NCBI GenBank assembly: GCA_000708835.1
Contig: DF237212.1
Location: 1 to 64,000 of the forward strand
DNA length: 64,000 nucleotides
Source: Klebsormidium nitens
Lineage: Eukaryota; Plantae; Klebsormidiophyceae
Direction of reading: 5' to 3'
Shown here: positions 36,901 to 48,697 of the stretch, in pieces
Position numbering within the stretch: position 1 is the stretch's first letter
Layout: every line of letters starts with the position of its first letter
Made by a program: the position numbers and the translations under genes
Notes under the pieces: generated by a model
Databases searched by the model: none
Seen by the model: only the letters and a program-made list of their open reading frames with translations
Told to the model about the DNA's origin: nothing

Positions 36901-39900
36901 CACTGGGCCCAGCTGCCGGTTCTTGCGTTGCTCGCAAGGACCGTATGGCTCGCGCGACGTCATTCTGCCTCATGCGCATCCGTCTGCATGACGATCTATC
37001 TTGCTGGTCTCCCCTCTCGCCTGCGTCGCAATTACACCCCAGATTCGATCCTCCGCTCCATCCACCGCAGTTGACGATTCACCAGCCAAGCTTCCGCGTG
37101 TTGGAGCTGATCCACAGCTTCCTGGTGCTGGCACGTGGCAACGTGATCTACCACGGCAGCTACGCCAGCATGCCGGGCTACTTCGAGGAGTTTGGGCGCC
37201 ACGTGCCTGATGACGTCAACGTGCTCGAGTACACGCTGGACGCGATCGAGGAGCTGCAGAACTCGGAGGAGGGCCTCCAGCCGCTGCTGACGTTTGCGGT
37301 GAGGGACTGACGTCACAGAGAAGTACTGATGACTAGACAGCGTCGTCAGGCTTGGGTTTGGTAGCTCTACCAGGCGGTTTCGGTTGGCGACTGTCTGATT
37401 AGATTCGGCCCAAGCTATACGGTAGTTAAGTACGATAAGCCGATGTGTCGATTTGAGATTCTGTTGTCGTTCTTTCCTGGACCTTTGACCACAAAAGGGG
37501 CACGAGAGACGGCTACAAAATGGTAAGACATTCGAGTAGCGTGAATCGCATAGATCCAAGTATTAGGACGCTCAGGAGTTTTCTGGGTCCCTCGCAGGCA
37601 AGTCAGACAGCAACCGAGAGTCGACGCCATACCACTCCCATGATGATGATGCAGCTTCTTCCTCTCACCCGCCTCCCTCACAGAGATACACAGAAAGCGC
37701 TTCTGCTGCTGCATGCAAAGCTTTAAACCTCAGCTTCGCCTTTCGCCGCCGAATCCTGTTGACATTTTTTTCGGAAAATCTCAAGCTGCATAAGGATCAA
37801 CCCAAAGGTTCAAAAGGATTGAATCCAGATAACTTCGAAACGCAGGAGGCGAAGAACAAGTCGGTGGGCGGCCGCACCCTGGCGCAGCTCAAGAGCAACA
37901 TGACGCTCGCCGGCGAGCCGATCGACTTTGCGTCGGGCTTCCCCGCGGAGACGGCGACGCTGATCGACCGCAACGCGCGCAACATCCTGCGCACGCCGGA
38001 GCTGCTCATCTGGCGGCTCGTGCTGCAGGTCATCGTGGCGCTGACGCTCGGCAGCCTCTTCTTTAACGTCGGGGACACCCCCAAGGGTGAGCTCAGCGAG
38101 CGGGCCTGCTGACGTCATTCTTTGGGGGGTTGCTGACGTATGGTACTGTGAAAACGCTATGCAGCATCTTCTTCGACGTCAGGGACGAAGGCCAAGGCGA
38201 GCGGGCCTGCCGTTGTCATATTCGGGGGCGCTGCTGGCGTCAACGTACGGAGTAGGAATCAGGGGGGATGCCGAGCTGGAAATCTTGAAAACCGGCTGCT
38301 TCTTTCTCCTACACTGGTTGCGCCATTTACCGTGTGCGTATCTCCGAACGAAGCGGACTTGCCTTTGCAGGTGTCCAGCAGCGCGCCTCCACCTTCGCGT
38401 TCACGCTGGCCTTTTACCTCTTCACAGCCACCGAAGCGCTTCCCATCTTCCTAAAGGTGAGCCTACCGCACGAAGCACTGCTTGTTTCGTTTCTCTTTTA
38501 GACTTAGTGCTGTAAAGCTGGCGGGATGCTTCCCTGTGGCCTTCGAGCTAGTAGTCACTGGTGTAACGTCACCAGATTGTTCCTCGACGAGGTGCTGAGT
38601 GCTCGTCTCCTTCTGCGCTGGAAGGTGCTGGACGAGTGGAGAGACTGCTTTCGTAGATCAATTCCCATTGGACGAGTGGTTGCTCCACTTGCTCGACGTG
38701 AAATCACAATTGCTGGCATGATAGAAGCCTATCGGGCGTTTGCTTGACTCGGCTTCTTTCTGCTGTGCAGGAGCGCCAGATCTTCATCCGTGAGACGTCC
38801 CGGGGCGCCTACCGGACGAGTTCATACGTGATCGCCAACTTCCTGGTGTCCCTTCCCTTCTACATGCTGCAGGTAAGCGCTACGCGAGGCCCCCATTCGA
38901 TCTTGCCTCGTCTTGAGCTACTGCATCTGCTTCTCTGTTCATAGGCTGAGGCTTTGGTGAAAAGCTAGAGCCTATGAGACCAAGAATATTGCTTCTTGAG
39001 CGCAATTGAGGGATCCGAAGGCCGACCTCTAACGTTGTTGTGCGTTTGGCGATCGGCAGAGACAGGTAACATCGCTTGCGCCTTGGTCCAAAAGGTCCAA
39101 ACGCAAGATGTAACGACTTTTGAATGCGCAATCAGGAGTGTTGATTCCGACTCAACGGCGAACTCGGCGCCCTAGGTTTCGTCGAACTTTCCCACCGGTA
39201 CAGTCAGAAAGGTCGTGATGCCCTTGTGATCAGCGCAACCAGATGCTTTGGAGTCTCTAAGCTCCTTCGCACTTCGGCAGGTGTTGCTGCTCGACATCAT
39301 ACGTACTGGATGGGAAGCTCCTTCGAGTAAAGCACACGGTCTGGTCTTTGAACTCAACGCCAGTAGAAAAACTTATAAGCCGACCCCGTTTTTACATAGG
39401 TGTTGCTGTTTCAAATCTTCACTTGCTGGTTAGTGGGCATCTCAACGTTTCTTCGACCAGCCTATTACGAAACGGTCCCAGCTTCTAGCGCGAATCAAAG
39501 AACTGAAAAGCCGGGCCACTGTATTCCACAGGTGTTGCTGTTCCAGATCATCGCGTATTGGTTGGTGGGCCTGTCACCCAAGCAAGATCAACACAATCTT
39601 TTACCACGGCACACGACGTGATCCCTGGAGTTAGCTTCGGTAGAAGAACTTAGAAGCCGGCGCCCCCGTTTCCGCAGGTGTTGCTGTTCCAGATCATCGC
39701 GTACTGGATGGTGGGCCTGGCGCCCACCGCGGGCGGCTTCTTCTACAGCATCCTTATCCTGTTCCTGACGCTGACGCTGGCCAACGCGTACGTCAACTTC
39801 TGGAGCGCCATCGTGCCCAACTTCATCGCGGGCAACACCATCGTCACGGCCACCACCTCCTTCTTCTTCCTCTTCTCAGGTGCGCGCGCGCTGATGTTGT

Positions 39901-40920
39901 TTTGTTTGGTCTGGTTTGTTTTGCAAAACTCTTTTCAAGGCGAGGCGGGTCGTTGCGCGTGTACCTTGGAGAGGCCGCTGTAAGTAGGAGATAAAAGGAC
40001 CGCAATCCTTGCGAGTCCGGATGCAGATTGTGTGATGAGCTGTCGTTTTCAAAGCCGCAACGGCCAGCCTTGCACTCTGCAAAGGGTGCAAGCTTTTCTC
40101 TCTTTGTGTGCCTTCTTTTGGGTGGTACGAGGGTCTAAGTTCTCCTTGCACGACGTTTTTTATGAGGTTCGGAGGATCTTGACGCTCCAGCTAGGCGACG
40201 CCGTCTGATTTCCGTGACTAACGTTTCGTCCCTGTTTTTGGTGCAGGTTTCTTCGTGCCAAAGTAAGTTCACCACTCCTGCATTGCTTTCCTTCCATTTT
40301 TCCAGGGGCAAGATAACTGAGTCCATACTTAGCATGTGATTCAAAGCCGCCCCTTGGACTAGCACAGTCCACCTGGGGTATCATTCGTTCCCGCCAATAG
40401 GATCCGCAACTTCGTCGCTCCTTGCCTTCCCACGTCCCCATCCTGTCAATTGATATCCTCTTACACCATGCAATGTCGTCTGCCCATACACGTTGCCTCC
40501 TGTCTGCCCATATATGTTGCCTCCTGTCACGCTTGCCTGTGCAGCCCTGCCTTTCACACCTTACTCCTTCCCCATCCCGCTCACTCTTTTTCTCTCCTTT
40601 ACAACAGGGCCAAGATTCCCGGATACTGGATCTGGCTACACTACCTGTCCAACTTCAAGTACCCGCTGGACGGCCTCCTCGTGAACGAGTACACCGCTCG
40701 CCCCGCCGACACGTGCTTCGCGCCGCTGACCAACGGCACGTGCGTCGCGACCAACAACCCGACGCACCCCGCGACGCGCGACGACGTGCTGTCCAAGTAC
40801 AGTGCCAAGCTGGGGTCCATGTGGTGGCCGGATTTTACGGTGCTGCTCATCCTCATCATGGGCTACCGCGTGTTCTTTTATTTTGCGCTGCGCATGCAAA
40901 GCAAGCAGACGCGCAAGTGA
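33956..40920 (+). CDS. ABCG half-size transporter (WBC; closest by motif to plant ABCG5/10/23-like); about 14-15 exons
   Basis: Exons 33956-34096; 35098-35249 (Walker A GPSGAGKST); 35528-35786 (SGYVMQDD.LFP.LTVRETL); 36105-36178 (signature ISGGEKRR); 36406-36444 (Walker B FLDEPTSGLDS); 36730-36790; 37071-37298 (TIHQPS); possibly 37498-37522; 37598 or 37846 to 38086; 38371-38456; 38771-38872 (ERQIFIRE); 39678-39879; 40247-40262; 40608-40920 (IPGYWIWLHYLSNFKYP). Confidence 0.96.
39250..39730 (+). repeat. Four degenerate tandem copies (period 119-146 bp) of an ABCG intron 3' end plus exon start
   Basis: AG|GTGTTGCTG.. recurs at 39281, 39400, 39532 and 39678. Copies 2-4 share the upstream AGAACT..AAGCCG..CCC.TTT block, and identity rises toward the functional copy. 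Confidence 0.9.
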
Positions 40921-41039
40921 GGGGGTTGGTGTGGGGTTGTGAATGCCGCGAAGGCGCAAGTGAGGGGGTTTGGTATGGGTTGTGAATGCCGCGAAGGCGC
41001 AAGTGAGGGGGTTTGGTATGGTTTGTGAATGCCGCGAAG
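40911..41039 (+). repeat. 3 x 43-bp tandem repeat spanning the ABCG stop codon
   Basis: Unit GCGCAAGTGAGGGGGTT(T)GGTRTGG(G/T)TTGTGAATGCCGCGAAG at 40911, 40954 and 40997. The TGA in the first unit is the ABCG stop. Confidence 0.95.
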
Positions 41040-42238
41040 GTGCGTTCTGTAAAAAGAACGGGGGAATAGGGGCGGATGCTGAGTAGGCCACGCACGGAGC
41101 TATCGTAATTGTGGGGGCTGCATTCATTGTGCTGTTGACTTAGCAGCCCCCGTGTTCGGAGTTGCTCGTCTTGTAAAGTCCATTGGTTGGGTTGTGTAGT
41201 CCCTCAGGACTCTGATAAAAATAAGCTCGGTAAGCGTTTTCTCATAGATTGAATCGAATTCGTTCAAGTTGGTCCGACAAACACTGCTGACTGGAGCTGA
41301 CAGTGAGATTATAGTACAAGCACAGCGCGTGCAGTACAGTATACGTGGTCATGTATTAATTGTAGACACATTCAACATCTGCTGAGGGTTGGTCGCTAGT
41401 TTGAGAACGCCATAATGAACTCGATCGAGTGTACATTCAGCATTTAGTATCATCCAAGCCTCCGACCGCGATCCAATGTTCGATTCAAACGAGGCCCGTC
41501 GAAATCGCGTAGATGCATTATTCTGGGCGCGTGCGGTCTGACAGACCAAAAACCGCTTATATGCGGGGCGATGGGCTGGCACATGCATGGTACAGCCCAT
41601 GTATGTATCTGATAAACGTGCATCAGATGCGGCGTGGCCGACGCGTTGCAATCGATCACATTGTGGCACAGTTTATACACGGAATTTTTTTTATTTATAT
41701 GCAAATTATTGCAATGTACGGGACTGCACACTGCATGCAATCTTTGGCGCAGTCCGGGCGCACTCACATGTAGAGAGCTAGCTGGCAATTTGGAAAACAT
41801 GTGGGCCAAACTGCACATCTGGCGGCTGAGTCGTCTGTCATTATCATGGACACGTTGATTCCTTAATAAAACAAGCAGCGTTATGCATGCAAGCAGTGAC
41901 ATATGCAATTCGATTACAGCCATACTCGTAAACACGCATAGTGCACAGTATGAGCTGAAGTCCCAAATATGCAATCGATACAGCCGGGCATAAGTACGTG
42001 TTTGGTGAGCGCGCCAACCGACCTGAGAAAGCCGCCAGACAAGGACAGCGGGGCCATCATTTCCGATCAACCCTTTTAATCCGAGCCGAATCCGCCTTGG
42101 TACGTTGGTGTATTTGAGCGAAGCTGAAGGACGGCTCCACGCGCTTGCAAGGGCTTGACAAGAGCCCTTGCACATTTTCCGAATGAATCCGCTACTGAAT
42201 TTGACAATACTCGGAAACAGTTTTGAGCCACAGGATGA

Positions 42239-45200
42239 TCATCGTCGGAACGTGGACATCCTGTTCCCCGACCGTGGGAATGCCTGGCTCCTCTTGCCTG
42301 CCTTGATCCCCGCCCCCTCCTCCTCCATTGACGCAAATGGGTTGAAGTTGTGACCCGGCTCTTCCTTCGGTGCCCCGTAGCTTTGCTCCTCCGGTTTTGA
42401 CCCGCGACTCTGCTTTACTGGCTTTGCCCCTTTGCCGCCCTCTTTCGTCCCAGCCGCTGGCTTACTCTTTAGAAACGAGCGCAGCCCGAGCGCCCCCGCC
42501 GCCGCCGCGAAATCGAACTTCCCGTCCTTAGCCAGCCCTTCGCAGCCCGCTTCGAGCGCCGCAGCGCTCGGCCCAGCGGGGAGCGCCCTTTTCCCCCCAT
42601 GTTGTGACCCACTCTGTCCATTCTCGTTCCCTTCACCTACGCCCCCAGAAACGCTCTTCTGCTCTTTTTCCGCTCCCGACGTTTCTGGACCCTGCGCCTT
42701 CTTCCCGTTGCCCGCTTCCCGACCACCGCTTCCGTTTGCAGCTTGTGCGAAAGCGCCCGTCTTTCGGTAAGCTTGCGAGATGGGCTTCGGAAGGTCCTGC
42801 GTGCCAAACAGCGCCAGCTTTTCCGCTTCCGGGTCCGGTTTCCGTTCCGCCTCCTCCTCCCCGCCGTTCGATTGCTCTTCCTCGTCCTCTTCTCCATCCT
42901 TATACATCATCACTTCCTCCAAAGGCACTGCCCCGCTCTCCTCTGTTCCTTCTTCATTCCCTGCCTCGCCCTCATGTAGCGCTTCGGAGCGGCTTCCTTC
43001 TCCCGTAATCTTTACGAAATTCAACCCTTGGGTGGGCCCCAAACCCCCCACAGGCGTGAACGGCAGAGCGAGCGACGCTTTCACTCGCTCTGCCGCCGCC
43101 TTTGCGCTCGTCTCCTCGCTTCCCCCCCGGCTAGATCTGGCCCCAAACATGGCCCCCAGGCCGCCCTTGCGCTTCTTTTGCTTCAAACCCGGTTCCGCGA
43201 ACCCAAGTTTTCCGTTGTCCGTCGACTCAGCCGTCGGAACGCCGCTGCTCCGGCCACTTTCCGCTCTCTCGCCTTCCGCAGCCCCAGCCGTAGCTGCAGC
43301 ACTACTCTGGAACGCTTCAGACCCGTCCGCAGTTTCTCCTCGAACGGTCTTATCGCGGACGTCCGCATTCACTGTCTCTGGTTCCATTCGCTCCGTCGAC
43401 GGCCCAGCGCCCTCCTCTGCCATCTCTTCTCTCACACCGCAGATTTCTCGTACCACCGCTGCTTTCCCCTCGCTCCCTTTCGCCACGTTCGCTCGCTTTG
43501 CCGGCCGCCCAAAGAGCGCGGACCCAGCAGCCCTCTTGACCACCACCGCTTTCCGTGTCGTTGCTTCCAGGCCGCCACGTGGCGCGCCAGGAGCGGCTTC
43601 CGGCTGCTCTTCTTCTTCTTCAGAACCCATGTCGTCCTCCACGCTCAAAAGAGAAGGCCCCACCGCACTCTTTCTCGGGTCACCCAATGCCGACTGCCCG
43701 ATCGCTCTCTTGATACCCAAACCCTCGACAGCCCCTTGCCCCTCTTTCGGACTTTTCGGACTCTCCGGCCTGCGCCNNNNNNNNNNNNNNNNNNNNNNNN
43801 NNNNNNNNNNNNNNNNNNNNNNNNNNNNNNNNNNNNNNNNNNNNNNNNNNNNNNNNNNNNNNNNNNNNNNNNNNNNNNNNNNNNNNNNNNNNNNNNNNNN
43901 NNNNNNNNNNNNNNNNNNNNNNNNNNNNNNNNNNNNNNNNNNNNNNNNNNNNNNNNNNNNNNNNNNNNNNNNNNNNNNNNNNNNNNNNNNNNNNNNNNNN
44001 NNNNNNNNNNNNNNNNNNNNNNNNNNNNNNNNNNNNNNNNNNNNNNNNNNNNNNNNNNNNNNNNNNNNNNNNNNNNNNNNNNNNNNNNNNNNNNNNNNNN
44101 NNNNNNNNNNNNNNNNNNNNNNNNNNNNNNNNNNNNNNNNNNNNNNNNNNNNNNNNNNNNNNNNNNNNNNNNNNNNNNNNNNNNNNNNNNNNNNNNNNNN
44201 NNNNNNNNCGCGAGCGCCTCCAGCAAGTCCGAGCTGCCCTCGTCCTCTGACGTCAGGAAGTCCGAGATGACGTCAGCGCCCTCCCAGAGCGCCGGGTCGA
44301 ACGCCGCGCCCCCCGCGCCGCTCGCCTGCTCGCGCGCGGCGCGCAGCACCTCGATGACGTCAGCGGCGCGCGCGGTGACGACGGGGCTCTGCCCGCGGAC
44401 GATGCTCTGGAGCTTGCGGGCGTCCGACGGGAGCTCCTCCGCAAGACGGAGCAGCAGGTGCTTTGGGAGAATGTAGCCGCAGCTCTCGTCTTGCTCCCTG
44501 CATAAATGCGGGGCGGGCCAATAGTTGAGGCGAGGCTTACTTAGCGCCTGATGTCCCTTGCCCCAAAAACAACCAAGGTGATCCTCTATGCCACCCTTCA
44601 AAAGATGAAGTTCGACCGTTGAAAGCCCTTGAAATTCTTAGAGTACGACACTCAGAAACGAATCTGCGTAAACAAGTGCGAGGCACAACGGTGTTGACAG
44701 AATCACCTCGGCGCAAAAGGGAACGGCATGCGACGAACGTGATTATCATGGCAGTACCGGTTAAAATCATGTTTACAATGACCTACACGTGTTCCAAAAA
44801 GCGCCGGTGAGAAGAAGCAATATCTTGATTGCCGCCTGACCTGGCTGTTCGGTCGCGCCAGGCATAGAGCCCGGCCAGTGCCGCGAGCTGCTGCTTGTTC
44901 AGGTGGCGCCCGTAGTTCTTGTACAGCTTCAAGTACGACGTCTCGCGGAACAGCTCCTTCTCGTAAACAGCCAGGCACAGGTCGCGGCTGCGGTCCAACA
45001 CCTGCGCGCAGGGGTTTCAGTGACGGGGCGGGAAAACAAAGTGGCGGTTCTTGGCCTGATTACAATTGTGTTGGTTGCAAGGGTTCATGGACGCAGAGAA
45101 CCGTCTATTGAGAAGGCCTTTTGAGAAGGTCTCTGATTGCAGCTGTGTTTCCAATCTGTGCGAGAGCTTGGCGGATCCATGCAGCGCAAAATGTTGCAGG

Positions 45201-48200
45201 AAGAGGGCCAGTCAGTCTCCGTCACGAACTTGGAGTCCCTTTCGCCGTGATCGCCCTTTCTTCGACCGCTTGAGCGCACCAAGCAAAAAGCCCCAACAAT
45301 CGTATGGCAGTGGCTGTTTGCAGCCGGGGGGTCTCTCGAGCGACTCCAAGATTCAACACAGTATGGCCTACTCCATGGCGCGTGCGGTATCAATCAAGAT
45401 ACCTGTTTACTACTCCCTGATTGAGCGTTCGATCGTTGTACCAGATTCGGACGCCTTACCTGTTGGACAAGGTCCTTGCGTGGAGCGTCCTGGTCGTCCG
45501 AAGACTCTCCGCTCTCTCCATCCTTCCGTCGCCTCTTCCGTTTCGAGCCGTTATCCAGCAGAAGGCCGCGCATCCGATCGTAGATGTACAGCAGGTAGTG
45601 CGTGTCCATGCGAGCATACCTGAAAAAAGAGCCGGGCACTTTCAGTTGCTGTCGAATTGGTCGTTAAGAAATAATTCCGAAGGCAAACTGCTATCAAATT
45701 CTGAACGGCCTTATCGTACTCCAGCCTCAGTAAAGTTCCAGTTTCGTTGTTTGCAAACCCTGGTGTCCGAGTGACGGGAACATCGACGAAATAGTGCCGG
45801 CAAGCCGGGATGCAGCTTTCCAGCACTGACCGGACCGATTTAGCTCCGTTCGCTTAGTCCTGAGAAATTGGGCCGTTCCCTTGAGTCCAATAAAGCCGGC
45901 CGAAATCTACTGAATCACGTGTCTGCCCGAGTTTCGAGTTTGTCGAAATAACGTTGATTACTCTTCTTCAATCATGTCAGGAAATCATTCCGGTTGCTTC
46001 ATACTACTCTGCTACTTGACGACGAGGCGAGTTCACGACCCGTTTCCTTCAAATCCCAGAAAGTCACCGACTCCAAATCCAGTAGGTACGTGGTACAGCA
46101 GAAAACAGTCAGGCACGCAATTTCAGGATCTAAAAGCCGACCCTTATTTCAGACAACACTCTTCGCAGTTCTATGCAACGAGGTAAGAAAGACGTGTAAG
46201 TTCCAGACAGGCTCGCCAAGAGAACGAGATACGACGAGATGCCTCACTTGAACATCTCCTCTGGCAGCGGCCGTAAGCGCCAGTCTGCGAGCTGGTAGCG
46301 CTTGTCGGTGTGCACCCCGCAGAAGTGCTCCAGCAGGTGACCGAGCCCGAAGCCCGAGAGCGCCAGCTGGCGCGCGGCCTGGCCGGTGTCAAACATGTTG
46401 ACCACGTAGATGCCAAAGTCGCGCTGCAGCCACAGGACGTCGCGGTCGGCGCCGTGGAGCACCTGGAGCGGATCGACGAATGTAAGTGGTCGAGTTCGAA
46501 ACTGGGTACGAAGGCTGAAAGTAATACCTTGATGGAATGGAAGAAGGACGTAAACGTCGGGCCTAAAGAAGGTAGATTCTCCCAACGGTCAAAGCGTGCT
46601 ATTAGTTGCTAAAGGTGAGAAGAAGCGATGGAAAGCAATGAGAAACGCCGAACTTGATCCTTTAAGAACGTAGGGAATCAAAATGTCAAAAGCGTGCAAA
46701 GAGTTGCTGAAGGTGAGAGAACATATGCAAGAAGGGGACTCCTACGCGACCCAACGGGGCTCCATATCAAAGGCAAGGACCTAAGCTTAGAGTACGTTCC
46801 TCACATCGACAAGCTTCAGAAGGACTCAGCAAGAAGCATGCTGCCGTCTTCCAGTAAGAGCCCTCCAAAACCGTACCTTAAGGATCGACGAGTCCGCAAA
46901 CACGGGCCCGAGCGCCGGCCCGATGTGCTCCCGCAGCGCAATTGCATCGACCACAAAGTCTTCCGTGCGCGTCGACAGCTGCATGAGGCACACGAACCCC
47001 TGGAAGCTGCGGTAGTGATGCGCCTCCAGATCGCACGCAACCTCCCTCTCCCTCGCGAGTTTCTCCGCAATCTTCTTCAACCCCAGAAGAGTGTCTGTGA
47101 GTTCTATCGGCCGGGCATCGATCGGTTCTGGCTCCGGGAGGGGGTCGGGAGGGGCCTGGAACTGCCAGGGGGGGTAGGAAAGCTCCCGAAGCGTTTTGTC
47201 TAACGGGTGGACTCGCCCCCGCTTCGCTGACCCGACCCCGAGGCGCTTTGCGTGCATGTCGAGGGCCAGGAGGCCTCGAGAAGGGGACGCCGAGCGGGGG
47301 GATCCCCCCCTCGAGAGAGATGCCATCGACACTGGCCGGCTGGTACCAGTAAGACTGTTTGTGTCTACTGTCAACCTCGGCCGCTTAACAGGCTCCGCTC
47401 TAGTTTCTGTAGATTCCGGCGCGTTGGCCCCTGCACCGTTTTGTCCCCGCTCAGCACTGTGCAGCCCGCTCGGTTCCGCAGCAGCAGGGGCACGGTCAGA
47501 GATGCTGACGTCAGCGGCGACGTCAGCCCCAGCCCGCCGGCTGAGGATTGTGTTCCAATCATCGGCGTGCACCCCCACAGCATTGTCTTCTCCACCGTCA
47601 TATGAGAGGTAGGGCCCCTTGGACTGAAAGGGTGAATTGGAGTTGTTGATCGCTTCAGTGAACAACTCTTGGGGCTTCCGGAGCGTGGGGATGTGAAGGG
47701 GCACTGGAGGCTGGAGATTCTTCCCCACAACGTGACTGGCTACTGAGGCGCCTACCGAAGTCTTTGCGACACCCCCTGCCTTGCCAGCTGTGAGCGACTC
47801 TCCCTTCTCTGCTGCATCTAGTGACTTGTCGACCTGTCAGGGACGAAGGTAGGCCAGGTTAGAGTTTGCTCAAATTAGGGTTTCCGCGGGCGTCTATCTG
47901 AAACAAAAGGACTCCTTCCATCAAAATGCACCATCAAGCATTGCGTGCTTGATGAAGATCACAAAGAATTGAGAAAAACTCCCGCCAAGACCAACCAGAA
48001 GGTGGTGGTGTCTTGTGATCATGAGAGTATTCACACCTGTTCGAGTAGGTCGTCCATGACTGTGACTAGCCACTCCGCTGCTTCGTCCGGCTCATCTGAC
48101 CACTCCTCAATTGAACCGAACCGTAAGAGCAGTTTCTTGATCCTCTCCCCAGCTGCATCGCTAGGCTGCTTAAAGTCAGGGAACAGCTTGTAGAAATGGT

Positions 48201-48324
48201 AGTCCTCCTCATTGGGTAGGCTTCTGATGACGGACCGCGCTCGTGCAAGATCCTCGGTAAGGTGGTTCAACTTGCTCTCAAGCGAGTCCATTGCCTTGCT
48301 GCTGGTGGAAGGCGTGTCTGCCAT
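42239..48324 (-). CDS. RRP6: Exosome-associated 3'-5' exoribonuclease RRP6/EXOSC10 (RRP6L2-like): PMC2NT, DEDD-Y and HRDC domains plus a long disordered tail
   Basis: Exons 48324-48037 (LPNEEDYHFY..F, PMC2NT); 47833-46877 (HIPTLRKPQ, HPL, DLEAHHYRSFQGFVCLMQLSTR); 46462-46248 (HGADRDVLWLQRDFG, FDTGQA, ADWRLRPLP); 45619-45460 (YARMDTHYLLYIYD); 45001-44841 (WRDRTAR); 44497 through the gap to 42239 (DESCGYILP..L, HRDC; ends KAGKRSQAFPRSGNRMSTFRR). Confidence 0.96.
43777..44208. other. Assembly gap (432 N) inside the last RRP6 exon(s)
   Basis: Run of N. The coding frames on either side are out of register, so the gap length is an estimate or the gap hides an intron. Confidence 0.99.
47876..47883 (-). 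promoter_or_regulatory. Telo-box-like motif (AAACCCTA) in RRP6 intron 1
   Basis: TAGGGTTT on the + strand. Plant telo-boxes are enriched in 5' regions of ribosome-biogenesis genes, but an 8-mer can occur by chance. Confidence 0.35.
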
Positions 48325-48697
48325 GGCTACCAGCAGCTTATCCCAGAACCTCTCTTCGCACCACCAGAATACAGACACACAAAATGCTGTGCACAACTTC
48401 AAGTTCCGCAAGCAGCAGAGTTCCAGGAAGGACCCGGCCCGCCTCCGAGTCCAGGGCATTGCAGGGCCCAAGCTTTCAGGGCCAAGGCAGGCTGCAGAAT
48501 GGTAATGGTTGACATCAGAAAAACCATTACCACGGGTTATTTGCAGGCCCTACATCTAGGTATGGCGGACATTGCAACCTGAGTGTCTAGAAAGTACCAC
48601 CTTCTACAGCCTCAGACATGTCCGATCAGCTATTGCCCAAGCAAGGCGACAGCTTCAGAAGCAGGTGAAGTGATGCGCTGGAGGACTTGAAGCAAGC

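Noticed and set aside
39250-39730. Repeat-spacer-like pattern suggesting a CRISPR array
   Set aside because: The units are degenerate copies of an exon boundary in a eukaryotic gene, with no cas genes and non-identical repeats.
42432-44476. Long plus-strand ORFs (up to 496 aa), S/A/P-rich
   Set aside because: Antisense shadows of the RRP6 tail, artificially extended through the N gap.
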